DNA of 58,791 nt, filler included, from Barthelona sp. PAP020 (GCA_040182905.1; 4 parts of 4 records of this genome joined end to end with filler, not necessarily neighbours in it), one strand, 5' to 3'; shown: positions 42,101-54,300, counted from the first letter of the whole stretch. Program-made: numbers and translations. The notes: generated by a model not told the origin, from the letters alone.

Positions 42101-42179
42101 CAGATTGTTGAAATATTTTAAAAGTCAATTAATCATTATTGATGAACTCGGAAGTAGAATAATTGATGAAGTTTTGTAA
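39111..42179 (+). CDS. Hypothetical coiled-coil protein, 1022 aa
   Basis: Long ORF with two heptad regions. The helical block FKFVFK...LAKELVWKLY...EVLLFDRF weakly recalls TSNAXIP1-like flagellate proteins (unverified). Confidence 0.82.
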   Translation: MNDEGRINTPNTKISDMSNISNISSLSNNTSNLNFDFGSLSTPFFTHSSQRKPSSSLGFYSETQNQNRKRQHNVDNILFLNLADDISLTSEKYSQYLTNCNPKNFVVSDYVSSQNSFLSFVSHGLSALEKVLSGGPKKLVHTIQQSLILFKRSSNVLINNFDYTLEEQNGKIKKLTNEFSKLQKISIPLNDQRFLNASRRYDELKRGFTYVFYKYTVALKMIKNQELYMKQGLTEMSQIVGKLYNVYREHDKKLLKIMEEKNKLQKLINEKDEEIDSLHESVKRYRMIGERAVTANSIASSEAKNRNQLHFTTTNYINLAPQELTVKSFVCIECKKRLLSKYAVHAQGLRRVVYDLHLAMSSLGFVEAPSKLEDADPIKIEQQLVPDPIKIEETARIVRRIQDEIQQMGASLIIKNATALQQQLNLVKDGKERLAFELSNAKDEIAKANENVELLQQRIATMQHDQGQTLGANGFGGFSGFLLDPDIPFQMYTPLNFELEYPCPALATFIHMSISKPVKQALSVTYNDFALAITKKWTITMIRAIFNESITDVDMFNFSGIQEMIFKFVFKTTSDVELAKELVWKLYMGVKFYREESKEVLLFDRFVRQQYPPILLSIVLILIKFFVTPIESFEKSEEITISVDSFLRMHKILVITFKSIDIHIVLPSEDYFFSNCRSENGNDVLFDFFSVVDEIIREIYQKYFSLLINNLKVALIESVQNQQAKTVDLKRLFTEQIELKEMLMEQTQKYNSTMNPTNFLKFSKILNDSMLHPLNSCHQQLKIIYDNADELTLPLIHSQSLATVDILSLVEVFEKIIPWMERNFIFNIVKEANLQSSGLILIDTIMTTIFSNFCFGKVLNDKLNYYYMLGIFEFELFNINKYILQCFSWFDEKSHQPFKLHFNNDLLKLKKQISHLHKLLKNIPSSSNISILNRKFSIRFYNILLIIIKLQKAILQQNLPIGFEAPEALSKNELVSPSEEATEFIEDIDFANSIHIDRLLKYFKSQLIIIDELGSRIIDEVL

Positions 42180-42565
42180 TTACCTTTTTATTTTCTGTAT
42201 TTATGGTTTATGTTTTTTATTCTTTGGTATTTTGTCATATTTAATTGTTTTTTTTTTTTTAGTCTATTTATTATAAATTGTATATAAATTTGTATCAATC
42301 ATTCTTTTCTTTTGGTTTTAGAACATCACAGTATTTTATCATTTACATTTTGGTTGAAATTTTACATTGAAAATATTCCATTTGTAATCTTTAAAATTAT
42401 CGTTCAATCAGGTCAAGATTGAAACTCTGTTTATAATGTTGAACATTAGAATTGCTTTAAAAATATAAATCTCTGATGATAAAAGCGAACAAGATTAACT
42501 TTTTTGAAATACAATTTTTTTTTGTTTTCTATTTTCAGAGAGTTTGAAATTTTTATTATTATCTA

Positions 42566-43771
42566 ATGGTAGAACATTGGTTATTAATTAAGGAAAAGAT
42601 AGATAGATTATTATTTTTAAAAGATTTCACATATGGTGAAACGAAAGTTGAGGAATTGAACAATTTTTTTAAAGAAACATTTGAAATATCACCTTTTAAT
42701 GAATTTGAAAAACTTGGATTTGAAGGAAAATCAATGTTCAATTTGCTTAACGCCATTTTTAAATATTGTTTATTGGAAACTATTGAAGATACACATAAAT
42801 ATGATGAATATATTGAAGAAATTGAGAATTATTTCAAACAATCGATAAAATTGAACTATCAATTCTCACCCATCTATTTCTATTGTGCCAAATTTTATTT
42901 AGAAATTGGTAACAAGAAAAAAATGTTTGAAAGATTATCTATGTATGAAAAATATGCCGAAAATGAAAATGATTCTGAACCAACATTGATAAATATTGAT
43001 GAAATATATAGGTTAAAATCTTTTTATTATCGACAAGATTTTGAGGAACAAGATTTAATGCTATCCAGAAATCTAGCAAAGCAAGCTGTTGCTTCTGATA
43101 TTAATAATGGAAAGAATTGGTTTTGTTTGGCAATGACGGATTTTAAATTAGAATTTTTTAGAAGTTTAAACATGACAGAAAAGTATCAAAATATCAAAAA
43201 ACCTTTGAATGAGTTCAATCTTGCTTTAAAGAATGGGTATAATTATGATCCTGCTTTATATTTTCATCGGGGTATAATTTTACAATATTTAAGTGATTTT
43301 CAGAGCGCAAAAGAGGAATTTGTTAAGGCTATTGAATTAGATAGTACATTTGAAGAAGCTATTGAATGTAAGGCACATGCAGAATATGTTTTGAAACAAA
43401 TTAGTGAAAATGTTGATAAACTGAAACATTTAAAAGCAAAAACAAAAAGAAATTTGACAGAAAATTTGAATGAAAACGATTTTTCCCTTGTAAAAGAAGT
43501 CACTTTTGAAAATTGTGTTCCTCGGATGTTTTTTTGTGTTAATAGAGATTTAGAATCTCTATTATTGACAATATATGGTTTAAATAACACTCAATTGTTG
43601 AATTGCACTTTTACTGTTTTATCTAATGATTTCAAAGAAAATATTGAGATGGTTAATGAAATTTCTACACTGAAAATATTTGATCTAAATTATTTACATA
43701 TAAATCGTAAAGCTGTATCAGATAGATATTTTGGTAATCCAGCTTTTAAAATTGTAAATTCACGTTCTTGA
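42566..43771 (+). CDS. TTC5: Tetratricopeptide repeat protein 5 (tubulin autoregulation factor)
   Basis: SRNLAKQAVASDINNGKNWFCLA and DPALYFHRGIILQYLSDF...AIELD match TTC5 TPRs. The C-terminus (VPRMFFCVN...LTIYGL) fits the TTC5 OB domain. Confidence 0.82.
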   Translation: MVEHWLLIKEKIDRLLFLKDFTYGETKVEELNNFFKETFEISPFNEFEKLGFEGKSMFNLLNAIFKYCLLETIEDTHKYDEYIEEIENYFKQSIKLNYQFSPIYFYCAKFYLEIGNKKKMFERLSMYEKYAENENDSEPTLINIDEIYRLKSFYYRQDFEEQDLMLSRNLAKQAVASDINNGKNWFCLAMTDFKLEFFRSLNMTEKYQNIKKPLNEFNLALKNGYNYDPALYFHRGIILQYLSDFQSAKEEFVKAIELDSTFEEAIECKAHAEYVLKQISENVDKLKHLKAKTKRNLTENLNENDFSLVKEVTFENCVPRMFFCVNRDLESLLLTIYGLNNTQLLNCTFTVLSNDFKENIEMVNEISTLKIFDLNYLHINRKAVSDRYFGNPAFKIVNSRS

Positions 43772-43936
43772 TTTGAAACGAATTTTTTTCTTTTATTTAT
43801 TGGTAAAGTAGTTCTAAAGTGTTTATTGGTTTCTATGTTGATATTTCCCAAACCAAGTGAATTTCAGTGAATTCATTCAATTTGATTTCAAAGTTTTTGA
43901 GGAAATAAAATAAAATTAAATAAATAAAAAGAAAAT

Positions 43937-44357
43937 AATTATTTTCAAATCAAGAAGCACTGTGCGTTTGAGAGAATAAAGAAGAAAATTGTTTATTTGG
44001 TTAAAGGGTTTCGAGGCCCGATTGATCTGTTGAAACATTCGATTCTCCAAAAGTTAAAATTAGAACTATATATTTTGTATTTGGCAAATCAACAAAAAAG
44101 AAGACAGGAATTTTTTCCCAACGCTATAATCTGGATTCATACAGCAAAATTTCAGTCTGGATATTACACCCTGTGTTTTGACCGAAATTTCCCAAAATGA
44201 CTTTTTGTTCTTCTTTCACTGTAAATAAGCTTATGTCGCCACTGGACCAAAGTCTCATGCCACTTTTATCTTTTCCTAATGTTACCATACCGATTATTGG
44301 AGCCCAACACAACAAGAACAAAAAATATTGATAATAAATGAAGTTGCTTTTATTAGT
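43937..44357. repeat. Dispersed repeat, copy B, running into the scaffold end
   Basis: 43937-43998 is the reverse complement of 19938-19999 (52/62). Extension to 44357 is inferred because the sequence lacks a credible gene and ends at the contig break. Confidence 0.55.
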
Positions 44358-44457
44358 NNNNNNNNNNNNNNNNNNNNNNNNNNNNNNNNNNNNNNNNNNN
44401 NTTAATTAATTAANNNNNNNNNNNNNNNNNNNNNNNNNNNNNNNNNNNNNNNNNNNN
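44358..44457. other. Artificial scaffold-joining linker
   Basis: N44-TTAATTAATTAA (44402-44413)-N44. Confidence 0.97.
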
Positions 44458-45117
44458 ATCACCCATATCATCATCAACAACAAAGGGTAAGTCATTGAGA
44501 TCGAATACTGGTTCTTTTTCTTCCTCTAAATCCTCAATTTCCATTTGATCAACTGATTGATTGAATTCTTTTTGAGGGAAGTTGTAGACACCTTGATATT
44601 TATTCTCTTGAAAGTTTTTGATAAGTTCAGCTTGGAAAGTTTGCTCCAAACGGGCAGCTTTTTCAGCCTTGGCTTCTCTTGATTTTTCCCTTCTTTCAAT
44701 CTTTTTATTTATGGTTTCATAGTTTTCTTGAGGTTGTAATCTCATTTGCCTTTCTCTTTTAATGAAGTCAAATACCATAGTGAGACGTCTTTGGCATTTT
44801 TCTTTGTTCCATTTGTTGTATTCGAGATGATCTTCGATAATTTTCAAAGCTTCTTCATAATTTCTTGGTAACTCTATGTATTCCCACAATCTAGAAGGTA
44901 AATGTGCTCTTTCGGGGGTTTTTATGCAAAGAAAAACCTTACCTTTTTTTTCCATAATGGTTGCATACGATGAATTAGCAAGTTCACAACTCCTTCTGTT
45001 GCACAAACCAGTAACATTGTGAGGATTCTTACAAAATGTTTGTTTCGGGGTTTTTACCTTGAAACAACAAAAATATTCGTTAACACATGACCATATGTGG
45101 TCATCTGAAGCTGACAT
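44458..45117 (-). CDS. MAK16: 60S biogenesis protein MAK16, 3' end truncated by the linker
   Basis: DDHIWSCVN..FCCFKVKT, NVTGLCNRRSCELANSSYAT, KTPERAHLP and RREKSREAKAEKAARLE. Confidence 0.96.
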
Positions 45118-45421
45118 AGGGTGAAATTAAAAAAAAAAATAATTGAATTCTTTTTCAATTTTAATTTTGAAAGACACTCAGTATTTGGTTTTTTTATTGA
45201 TGTTTAATGAAATAAACGGAAATTTAAGATCAAAAACGAATTATTAATCAAAAATCAATATTTGTTTGCAATTAACTATTTATTGAACATTCGAAATTGC
45301 TTTTTGTGAAAAATTAAAGGAAATGTAAAGTTTTTGAGGGGAAAACCTCTCTGGTGAAACATAATTCTTTTATTTTCAATCTCCTAAATTTTATTTCTTA
45401 ATTTTTTTTTATTGTAATAAT

Positions 45422-46789
45422 ATGGAGACTTTTAATCTTGCCCTTTATGGAAAACAAAATCGTGAAAATTTGATGAAACATTTGAACAATGGACTTGTTT
45501 ATGTTGAAGCAGGTCAAATCATCAATTTGTATCACACTGATTATGAATTAGCTTTTAGACAAGAGCCTAATTTCTATTATTTAACTGGTATTGATATTGC
45601 TGATCATGGTGCTATTATCAACATGGAAACCAAAGAGTTTATTGTTGTTGCTCCCTTTATTGGTCGCGATGTTTCTATGTGGTGTGGAAAAGGTCCATCT
45701 GATGAATTTTATCTTGAAACTGTTGGTGCTGATAAGATAATTCGTCCTGAAGAATTGGAGAAATATTTGGAAGGAACTGAAGGTACAATTCATATCATTC
45801 CCAACTTAATCAATATTGCTACTAAGATGTTTGAGGAAAATGATGCTCTTAATGCACGTTTGAACGTTGAAGATCTTAAATGGGCTCTTTGTGAAGCTAG
45901 AATGATAAAGAGTGAAATGGAAATTGAGATCACCAGAAAATCTTGTCAAATGAATGCTGAAACTTTCTTCCAAATGATGAAATTATGTAAACCTGGAATT
46001 AGTGAGCATTATATGTCAGTTCACATGGATTACTTTGCTAAGAAACAAGATCCTACAAATCGTCACATGGCCTTTGGTTCTATTTGTGCTCAAGGAAACT
46101 CTGCCTCTGTTTTACATTATGTTAAAGCAGATCAAATTTTGGAAGCAGGAAAACTGTTTATGTTAGATGCCGGTATTGAACACAACCATTACAGTTCAGA
46201 CAACACTCGTACTTTCCCAGTTGATGGAAAATTCAACAAACATCAAAAGGAGTTGTACAATGCTGTTTTAGATGCTCTTCTTCAATGTTCCGAGTTTTTA
46301 AGACCTGGTGTTACCAATGCTGAAGCTCATCGTTTGGCAGAAAAGATTATCACTCAACATTTCATTGATTTGGGTATTTTTACTGCATCTTTAGAAGAAT
46401 GTCTTGCCGCTCATGCAATTAACAATTTCTTTGTACACGGTTTAGGACACTTTATGGGATTGGATGTTCACGATTGTGGTGGTTATGCCAAGGGTCAAGA
46501 GAGAATTAATGAACCCGGTATTTGTTATCTCCGTTGTAACCGAACAATGGCACCTGGTATGATCATTACTGTTGAACCTGGTGTTTATTTCATTGATGAA
46601 TTTATTGAGCCTATGAAGAGTGATTCAAAGTATGAGGGAATGGTTGATTTTGACAAGATTGAAGAGTACAGACAACATGTTGGTGGTATTCGAATTGAAG
46701 ATGATATTCTCATCACTGAGAATGGTCGTGAAAATTTATCCCAAATGCTTCCTCATACCATTGAAGAGGTTGAAGCTGCTTGTGCCTAA
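45422..46789 (+). CDS. PEPD: Xaa-Pro dipeptidase (prolidase, M24B)
   Basis: FRQEPNFYYLTG, LDAG...YSSDNTRTFP, HGLGHFMGLDVHD, TVEPGVYF and GGIRIEDD supply the metal ligands. Confidence 0.93.
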   Translation: METFNLALYGKQNRENLMKHLNNGLVYVEAGQIINLYHTDYELAFRQEPNFYYLTGIDIADHGAIINMETKEFIVVAPFIGRDVSMWCGKGPSDEFYLETVGADKIIRPEELEKYLEGTEGTIHIIPNLINIATKMFEENDALNARLNVEDLKWALCEARMIKSEMEIEITRKSCQMNAETFFQMMKLCKPGISEHYMSVHMDYFAKKQDPTNRHMAFGSICAQGNSASVLHYVKADQILEAGKLFMLDAGIEHNHYSSDNTRTFPVDGKFNKHQKELYNAVLDALLQCSEFLRPGVTNAEAHRLAEKIITQHFIDLGIFTASLEECLAAHAINNFFVHGLGHFMGLDVHDCGGYAKGQERINEPGICYLRCNRTMAPGMIITVEPGVYFIDEFIEPMKSDSKYEGMVDFDKIEEYRQHVGGIRIEDDILITENGRENLSQMLPHTIEEVEAACA

Positions 46790-46857
46790 GTTTTTTTTTT
46801 AATTAATGTTGTGTAAATAATTAATTTATTTTGTTTTTACGAATGAATTATTCTTTG

Positions 46858-47290
46858 GAAATTTTTGGCACAATAAACAAGAAAAAAGAAATGAGGGTTG
46901 CTCACAAGCCAATAATTTTTGGCCAATCGAAATTTTCCGATTCTTCCTTTTTCCCTCGAGCTGCAGAATTTTCCTTAACCTACCCCCAAATTTTTGACCT
47001 GCCACGGTGAATTCATGAAAACTTGCACAATTAGGATAAATGTTAATTATATCGAAGTGTTATGCTCTTTTGAGTAATTAATAATGGAATATTTCACACC
47101 TCGCATTGGCATTAGCTCTCCTATGCCAGCCTATGAAAGAGTAGGTCTCAAAACAGAGAGCTTCCTTTCAGGAATGTTGATCCCCCGAAAAGAATAAAGA
47201 TTAAGGTTTATTATTTATTAGTCAACTGAGATTCCCAGTCTCTGATTTGGGAAAGTTCTTGAAATTTTTGGTACAATAAACAAGAAAAAA
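46858..47290. mobile_element. 373-bp hairpin-rich non-coding segment flanked by 30-bp direct repeats (candidate retroposon/SINE-like insert or ncRNA cassette)
   Basis: GAAATTTTTGG(C/T)ACAATAAACAAGAAAAAA at 46858-46887 and 47261-47290 (29/30 identical). Internal hairpins at 47107-47128, 47129-47146, 47162-47174 and 47232-47253. Confidence 0.45.
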
Positions 47291-47553
47291 TAGTTATTGT
47301 TTACAAGACGATTGATTTGCTAAATTGAGAGTTTTGTTTTCTATTTACATCTTTGATCATCGATATACTGCAAAAATCAGAATATTTCCGATCAATAAAC
47401 ATATCTCTCTCATTCCTTTTCAAAGAACTTTCAAAAACTCTGGAAGTTTTTGAGTGAAAAGGAAGGTTATTGCCTAATTTTTGAACCAAATAGTTTTTAT
47501 GGCATTTGAAAAGATTACAGTGCTGAAACTTGGCCCAATTTATAAATGTTTCA

Positions 47554-48069
47554 TCAAATAAAAAATTCAGAAATCTGTTTTTCTAAATGGGAATGTGTTG
47601 ATTCTAATTCAGACCGAAAATTGTCAACTTTTTTTGTCAAATCACTTTCAACATTTTGATAAATTATGTTTGATTGATTTATATAATTAATTACGGTATC
47701 AAAAGACTGAGTGTTCAAATTCAATTGAGTCAAGAATTGATCTTTTGAAAAATGTTCCATAAACAAGGAATATAATATTCCACTATATATATAACAAACA
47801 ATAAACTCAAAAATTTGGTCAACTTCGCAACTGTCAAGATATTCTTTGGTTAAAATTGCAGCATGAATCATTTTTTTTGGACAGAGTTGAAAAATTTCAT
47901 TATCTAATGAATAAATCAAATAACGACATGAAATTTGTCTATGTGTTATATCATTGAAAAAATTGTTTTGAGGAAGATTTGAAAAATGATTATATTTTTT
48001 AATGTCAATATTTTTTGATAAAAATAAATAAACAGAATCTAATAAGTAACGATAGTTTGAAGATTTCAT
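47554..48069 (-). CDS. Hypothetical protein, 171 aa
   Basis: ATG-initiated ORF of 516 nt in AT-rich DNA. No family recognised. Confidence 0.6.
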   Translation of the reverse strand: MKSSNYRYLLDSVYLFLSKNIDIKKYNHFSNLPQNNFFNDITHRQISCRYLIYSLDNEIFQLCPKKMIHAAILTKEYLDSCEVDQIFEFIVCYIYSGILYSLFMEHFSKDQFLTQLNLNTQSFDTVINYINQSNIIYQNVESDLTKKVDNFRSELESTHSHLEKQISEFFI

Positions 48070-48381
48070 ATTCTATTTTGAAAAATAAAACAAAATTTGT
48101 TGAAATCTTTTCAGTGATTTGTTCGATTTTACAGTGTCAATTTTTTTTTTTAGTCTAATCATTTTTTTTTAAATATTACTTTCTTTTGCATTAATTATAC
48201 CAGTTAATTATCAAATATTCTATTATGAAAAAAGAGTTTCTTTTTTTTTTTTATCTCATTTTTTAGTTTTGTTTTTCTTCTTTTCATTTTCAATTGTGTA
48301 AAGGAAAAAAAAAAATACACAGAAATATTTTTACAGAAAAAAAGTCTTTCAAGCAACACAACGTTCCAATTTTCTAATTTT

Positions 48382-51300
48382 TTATTTTTTATTTGATGAA
48401 GTCTCTTTATCATCAGGTTCATCCACATAACCAATAAGAGTAAATTCTGAGTTATTGTTTGTATTAAATTTTGAAATTTGAGAGAAAATATTTTCACAAT
48501 TATTGGCTACTTTGGTGATATGATCTTTTTGAACTTTTTTTGGAACAAAAAATGTTCTGCAAAGCAAATGTTGAACATTTCGAACAGATGCCCACAATGC
48601 CAATGTCATCCAATTGTTATTTTCTAAAATTTCTGGGGTTAGTTTTGCATTTTTAAGATTTTGCCTTGTTGCCATTTCTTCAGATTCATTTGAATCGAGT
48701 AAAATCAACGATTTAACGTTTGAGTTTAAAGAGAATAAATGCATTGGTAATATACGTTCTAAAAAGAGGTTTTGAGAAATGATAATATAATTTTCAGCAG
48801 AATTAAAACCTTCTGCTTCATCGATTGTTGAATTTTTCGATGGTTTTTTTCCTTTTCTTGAATCTTTCTTCTTTGAAGAATTATCAGTAATTTTTTCATT
48901 AGAAACATTATTTATTACTGAAAACATCTTTGTATAATCATCATGTGATGTTAAATTAATAATATTCAAAGAATCTGAATGTGAATCTTCAAAAACTTTT
49001 TCTATTTCTTTTCTTTCTTTTTCTTCATAAAATGGATCAATCAACACCTTTTTATGATCATTTACACTAGTACTATCTTCATTTTTTGCTAAAAACTTAT
49101 TGTACAATAAAATCATTGAAAAATCTTTAGCAAAAATCACCTCTTTTTGTCTTTCAATCAATAATTGCTCAAAATAAAAACTTATCGCATAAGAAATTTG
49201 TGAAGGTTTCAAAAGAATATAAAAAACTTTCAAACTTTTCAAATTTTCCAAGAAAAATTCCATGAAATGTTGTAAATTTAAAGCAATACACATATCAATC
49301 AAATTTTTGTTGTATTTATCGATATGTTCAGTATATACACTGTCAAAAGTTTCAAGATTTAATTTGGAGTTGGCACGTATCTTTAATGTTTCTGAATATT
49401 GAATTTGTTGATATTCAAGCAATTTTAACAAGATCTCAGCTGAATCTTCATTCAATACTGTAACACAAAGTTCTTTATCGATCTTCATTATTTGAATAAA
49501 ATTGTTATTGAACAATGTAAAATGTAGATAGAAAGAACGTTCCTTTAAAAATTCATCCAAATGTTTTCTAATTTCAAAACTTTTGAAAATATTGTTTTTT
49601 GGTAAATGTTTCTTTAAATTTTTATAAAACTTGTTTCCTTTCTTCCATGATCCTTGTTCTGTAATTAGACATTCAACTGTGGAATTGTATTTTTTTTGAA
49701 TGTTCGTAAACTTTTCCAAAATTTCAGAATTACTCTCACAATATTGAATTATACAACTAGTGAAAGATACCAATTCATTATTCTCCATCAATCTTCCTGA
49801 AACAAAGAAAATTTGATTGGTTAATAACAACACAAACTGATGCAAAACTGAATATTCATCGATTTGTAGATTATTAATTAATGACATGAAGCATTCGGTT
49901 TGTTCATCTAATGATTGTTTAAATTTCTCAACATTTCTATCTTCTTCATCAGTAATATGATATTTAATCATTAATTGTAAGGTTTTAGAAGCGTTATACA
50001 ATAATTGATTGAACAAATCGTTTTTAGCAAAATCAACATCATTTGCTTGATCATTTTGAGTTTGTTTTAATATTTTCTTCAATATGATCAAAGCCAATTG
50101 GTTATTAGTTGAAGGATTTAAAGGATTTTGATCAACAAATAAAAATTGTTTGATCGCTTTATCATCTTTTCCTTTAATATTTGGGAAAATTGGAGTTATA
50201 CTTTCATTGGCAAACAAATATTCCAAAAATGTCTTTAATATTAAAAAGATACATTTGATAAATTGTTGTTGATGATCATGACAACTTTTTTGAACAATAT
50301 CATTGATTTTAAGCATGTTCAAGCAAATATGCTTCAAATTACTAAGACTTATATACCCTAAATGTTTAATTATTTCATTCAAACATTTAAATTGTATCTT
50401 TTCACAATAATTCAATAATTCTTCATCTTTTAAATAATGTTCTTCTTCTATAATAGAAAATGCTTCAATAATATCCATAAAATCATCAAAACTTTCTAAA
50501 ATATCAAACTTTTCAATGAAATATTCAATCTTTATACGATATATAAACTCTCTATTGATAATTTCTAATTTTGAATCATCATTTTCAAAAAGATTTAAAA
50601 TTATAGACAAATCAACATATTTTACTAATAAACTTATTAACATTTTGATAGTTTCATGATATATAGGTTTTTCAATAGCTTTCAATAAATATGTACAAGC
50701 TTGTTTTTCTTGACACATCAAATCTGAACATTTTGCCAAATATACATAAATATCACCTTCAATACGTTCATGTTTCATTGTTATGGCTATTTGTAATGCT
50801 TGTTTTAATGTCAAATACATCAAGTCAATTTCATCAAGATTCAACAATAATTTGCTCATCTGCAAAAATAAATAATCTGTCATGAGTTCAGGAGTATCAA
50901 AAATTGAAGAACATGAAGAAGATGAAGAAGTAAAATGAGTGATTTCAGATCGATATTGATTGTAGCTCTGTAGATTGCCAATTTTATTCATTAACTCTTC
51001 AAAAACGTTATTCTTTATTTCAATATAATTGTTAAGCTCTTCTTCATCCTTACTGTTCATCCTATTATCAACATTCAATTTGTACATTCGTAGATATAAA
51101 TCAAAACTGCCGTCATCTAAAATTTCCAGAAATTTAATGATAACCCATCTCAATTTCTTTTCTTCCTCTGCATATGAACTCAAATGTTGCAACAAGTCTA
51201 AACAAATTCTGAAAGTATGTGGTAATGACAAATTTTTTGTGGAAATTAAAAAGGCATCCAACATAGCATTTGAACTATTGACAGAAGGTTTTTCAATTTT

Positions 51301-54300
51301 AAAAGTTTCGAAATTTTCAGGCATTGGAATAAAGTGTTTGGGAATCTTTGGTCTAAATTCAGGCATTTCAAACCATGGTTCCTTATCCTTTTCAACATTT
51401 TCATCTTCAATGAGCTCCAATGTCAAATAATTCTTTTTGATTAAATGATAGATAAAATATACACAACTTTTCAAATATTTCAAATTTTTGGAAATGTTAT
51501 ACAGATTCAAATAATTTTCAACAATTTGAAATGTTTGTTTAGTTGTTAATATTTCATGGTCGATTTCCACATCAAGAAGTATCGTTTTTCTAGATCTAGT
51601 TGATTTTCTGCTGGATTTCATTGAAGAACTATTCAATCTTGAGCTAACTAAAGATGACGAATAATTGGAAGATTTTTGTAAAAAGGAAGTCATATTATTA
51701 GAGGAGGAAGTTGTGGTTTTTTCCTCAAAGACTTCATCTGTTAATTTCAAATTTATAAACCGTTGTTCAATTTGTAATAATAAGTAATTCGATAAGTCCA
51801 AGCACTCTTTAGCCTTGGAAGATTGATTTTCCCTGGAAAATATTCTAGCAAGTAGAGAGAATATTTTGGCTTTTTCACATGTTGATCCTGAAGGTAACAC
51901 TTTAACAGCATTGAATAACGCTAAAAATTGTTCTGACGATTCGTTTGAATTTTCAGCAATTGATGCATATATCGCTGCCTTTGTTTGAGGAGCAAGATTC
52001 GCAACACGATGTAATATAGTTTCAATAGGCAAATCAAGTAATGAAACAATTTTAATTTGTGCTTGCAATAAATTTAAATAAAACTTTTGAGGGAAATAAT
52101 TGTAAAACTTTTCCAACTTTTTGGAAACATTCATCAAATATTCTTTTCCTTGTGCAGATCCACAAGATTTTATCCAATATAAAACCAACAATACCATGGT
52201 TTGAAATTCAGAAGGATCTACCTCCAAACAATCAATTTCAAAGGTTTTTAATGCTTCCAAAATCATATCTGTAATCGAATTTAAATGCTCAGCAAATGTT
52301 TCAATATATGCAACATTTTGACAACAATGTAACCAATAATCCAAAATAATTTCAAAGCTTTCTTCTTCTTTCAATTCAAGACTACATTTTCCAGCAAATA
52401 TTAGATGTTCAATAGCTTCTTTTGAAATAAGTGAATGTTGAAACGAATCCAAATTCTCTTTACGTCCTCTCAATATAGCTTCACTGTGAGCAATTTCTTT
52501 CAGTATACAAAAATGATCTTGCTTAAGCACAATGTCTTTATCATTCAAAAATTTCAAAACTTCATTTGGAAATTCAGTTGAAAATCCAAAAGAAAAATGT
52601 CCTATAAGAATATTTAACAAAGGATGATCAAAAATTTCAAATGTTTTGAAAGTTTTCAAACAAATATTTTTCTCAATTTCAAGGAAAGTTTTCAACCATT
52701 CATTATTTCCAACCAATACTTGTTGTCCAGTAGATATGCTTAATCTACTCAAGCTTTCTAAAATCAAAGGTAATTTTATGAAATTGACTTCTTCAAAATG
52801 CTCTAAATTTATTAATTTTATGACTTCAATCAAAATGTCTTTCTTTTTCTTTGCATTTTCTTCAAATGTTTTGAAATTTTCACGAATATTTTGAGTATAA
52901 TAGATCCTTCCATTAATTTTTTCAATTGACTTTTCATCCTCCAACAACGACAATTCACATACACTCAACAATAACTCATAGAAACTGATAAAAGTTGAAC
53001 TTTCCTCATTAATAATTTTAGCGATGTTCAATTGATCCAAATTGTTAAAATATTTCAATATTTTACTCAAAAGATTAATATCCAAATCTTTGAGATACGT
53101 TTCATAATTAAGAAAGTGAATGAATTCTTTCAAATTGGAAACTATTTGAACAATGATATTTATTACAAAACTATGGTTTAAATCCTTTAATACATCCATC
53201 TTATCAATCATAGCAGAATATTCAGTCAATGCTTGCTTAAATTTCATATCAAGCAAAAGAATCTCTGTTTCAATCAAATTTATTTCAATCTGATAAAATA
53301 ACAAATCGTTAGTCCGATTTTTAATCAGTTTCAAACCTCGATTGAATAAAACTATACCTGTTTCAGTAACTTCAACATTCTTACTAACAAACCATACCTT
53401 TCGAATCAAAGTCCATAGCATTTCAACAATCAATCTGATTGGTTGAATGGGATCAAATTCTTCAATCTCAATGATCTTTTCCTTTTCTTTACTGCTACTC
53501 CCTGTTTTTTTTTTACCATGTTTTCCACCTGGTAAATTATCATTATTGGTTACACTTAACCTAGAAAGAACCCTTTGTTCTTCAATTCCTCCTTTCATTG
53601 TTTCTTCCAATAACTTTTTTTCTTCAATTTCAATAGCAAAATCTAACTGTTCAATTATTCCCATTGCAGTCATTACAATCACTTCTTTATCGGTATAATT
53701 ATTCAATTGAGTAAACATTTGTATTGCTTTATCATAGAATGTGGTTTGAACTTGATAAATATCATTTTTAACTGTTGAATAGTATCTTAACTGTTCTAAA
53801 CGACGATTATATATTTTTTTTAATGACCAAAATACCATATCATCTTCACAACTGGTATATTCATAAGATAATGCCTTTTTTGAAATAGATATAGCTTCAG
53901 TAAAGCAATTAACTGAATGTAAATTTTCAACAATAAATAAATTAACGTTAGTAATGAATATGTTATCAAAAACACCTAAATAGACTAAAAAAGCTTGAAT
54001 TTTCTTTGCTTGTTCTATCCCAAACATCTTTAATTCAACAATTAGATCCTGTTGTGAAAAGTTCAACAAATAATTCCACGTTAATTTCAATACATAATAT
54101 GCAATATCAAATCGCTTATTGTTGATTAAAATCGATGTGTTATCAATCAAATGTTGTATATGGATCTTTTGTTTCATCAATTCTTCACTTTTCTTTCGAT
54201 AACTAATAGGTAATTCAATCAAAGTAATTAAAGCTCTAAAATCTTCATTCAATGCACGTATTAAAACATTGTTCATGTTCTGATTTAAACAATTACTGAA

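Noticed and set aside
47309..47340. U4-like segment GATTGATTTGCTAAATTGAGAGTTTT
   Set aside because: The upstream kink-turn stem-loop and the U6 stem II pairing region are absent.
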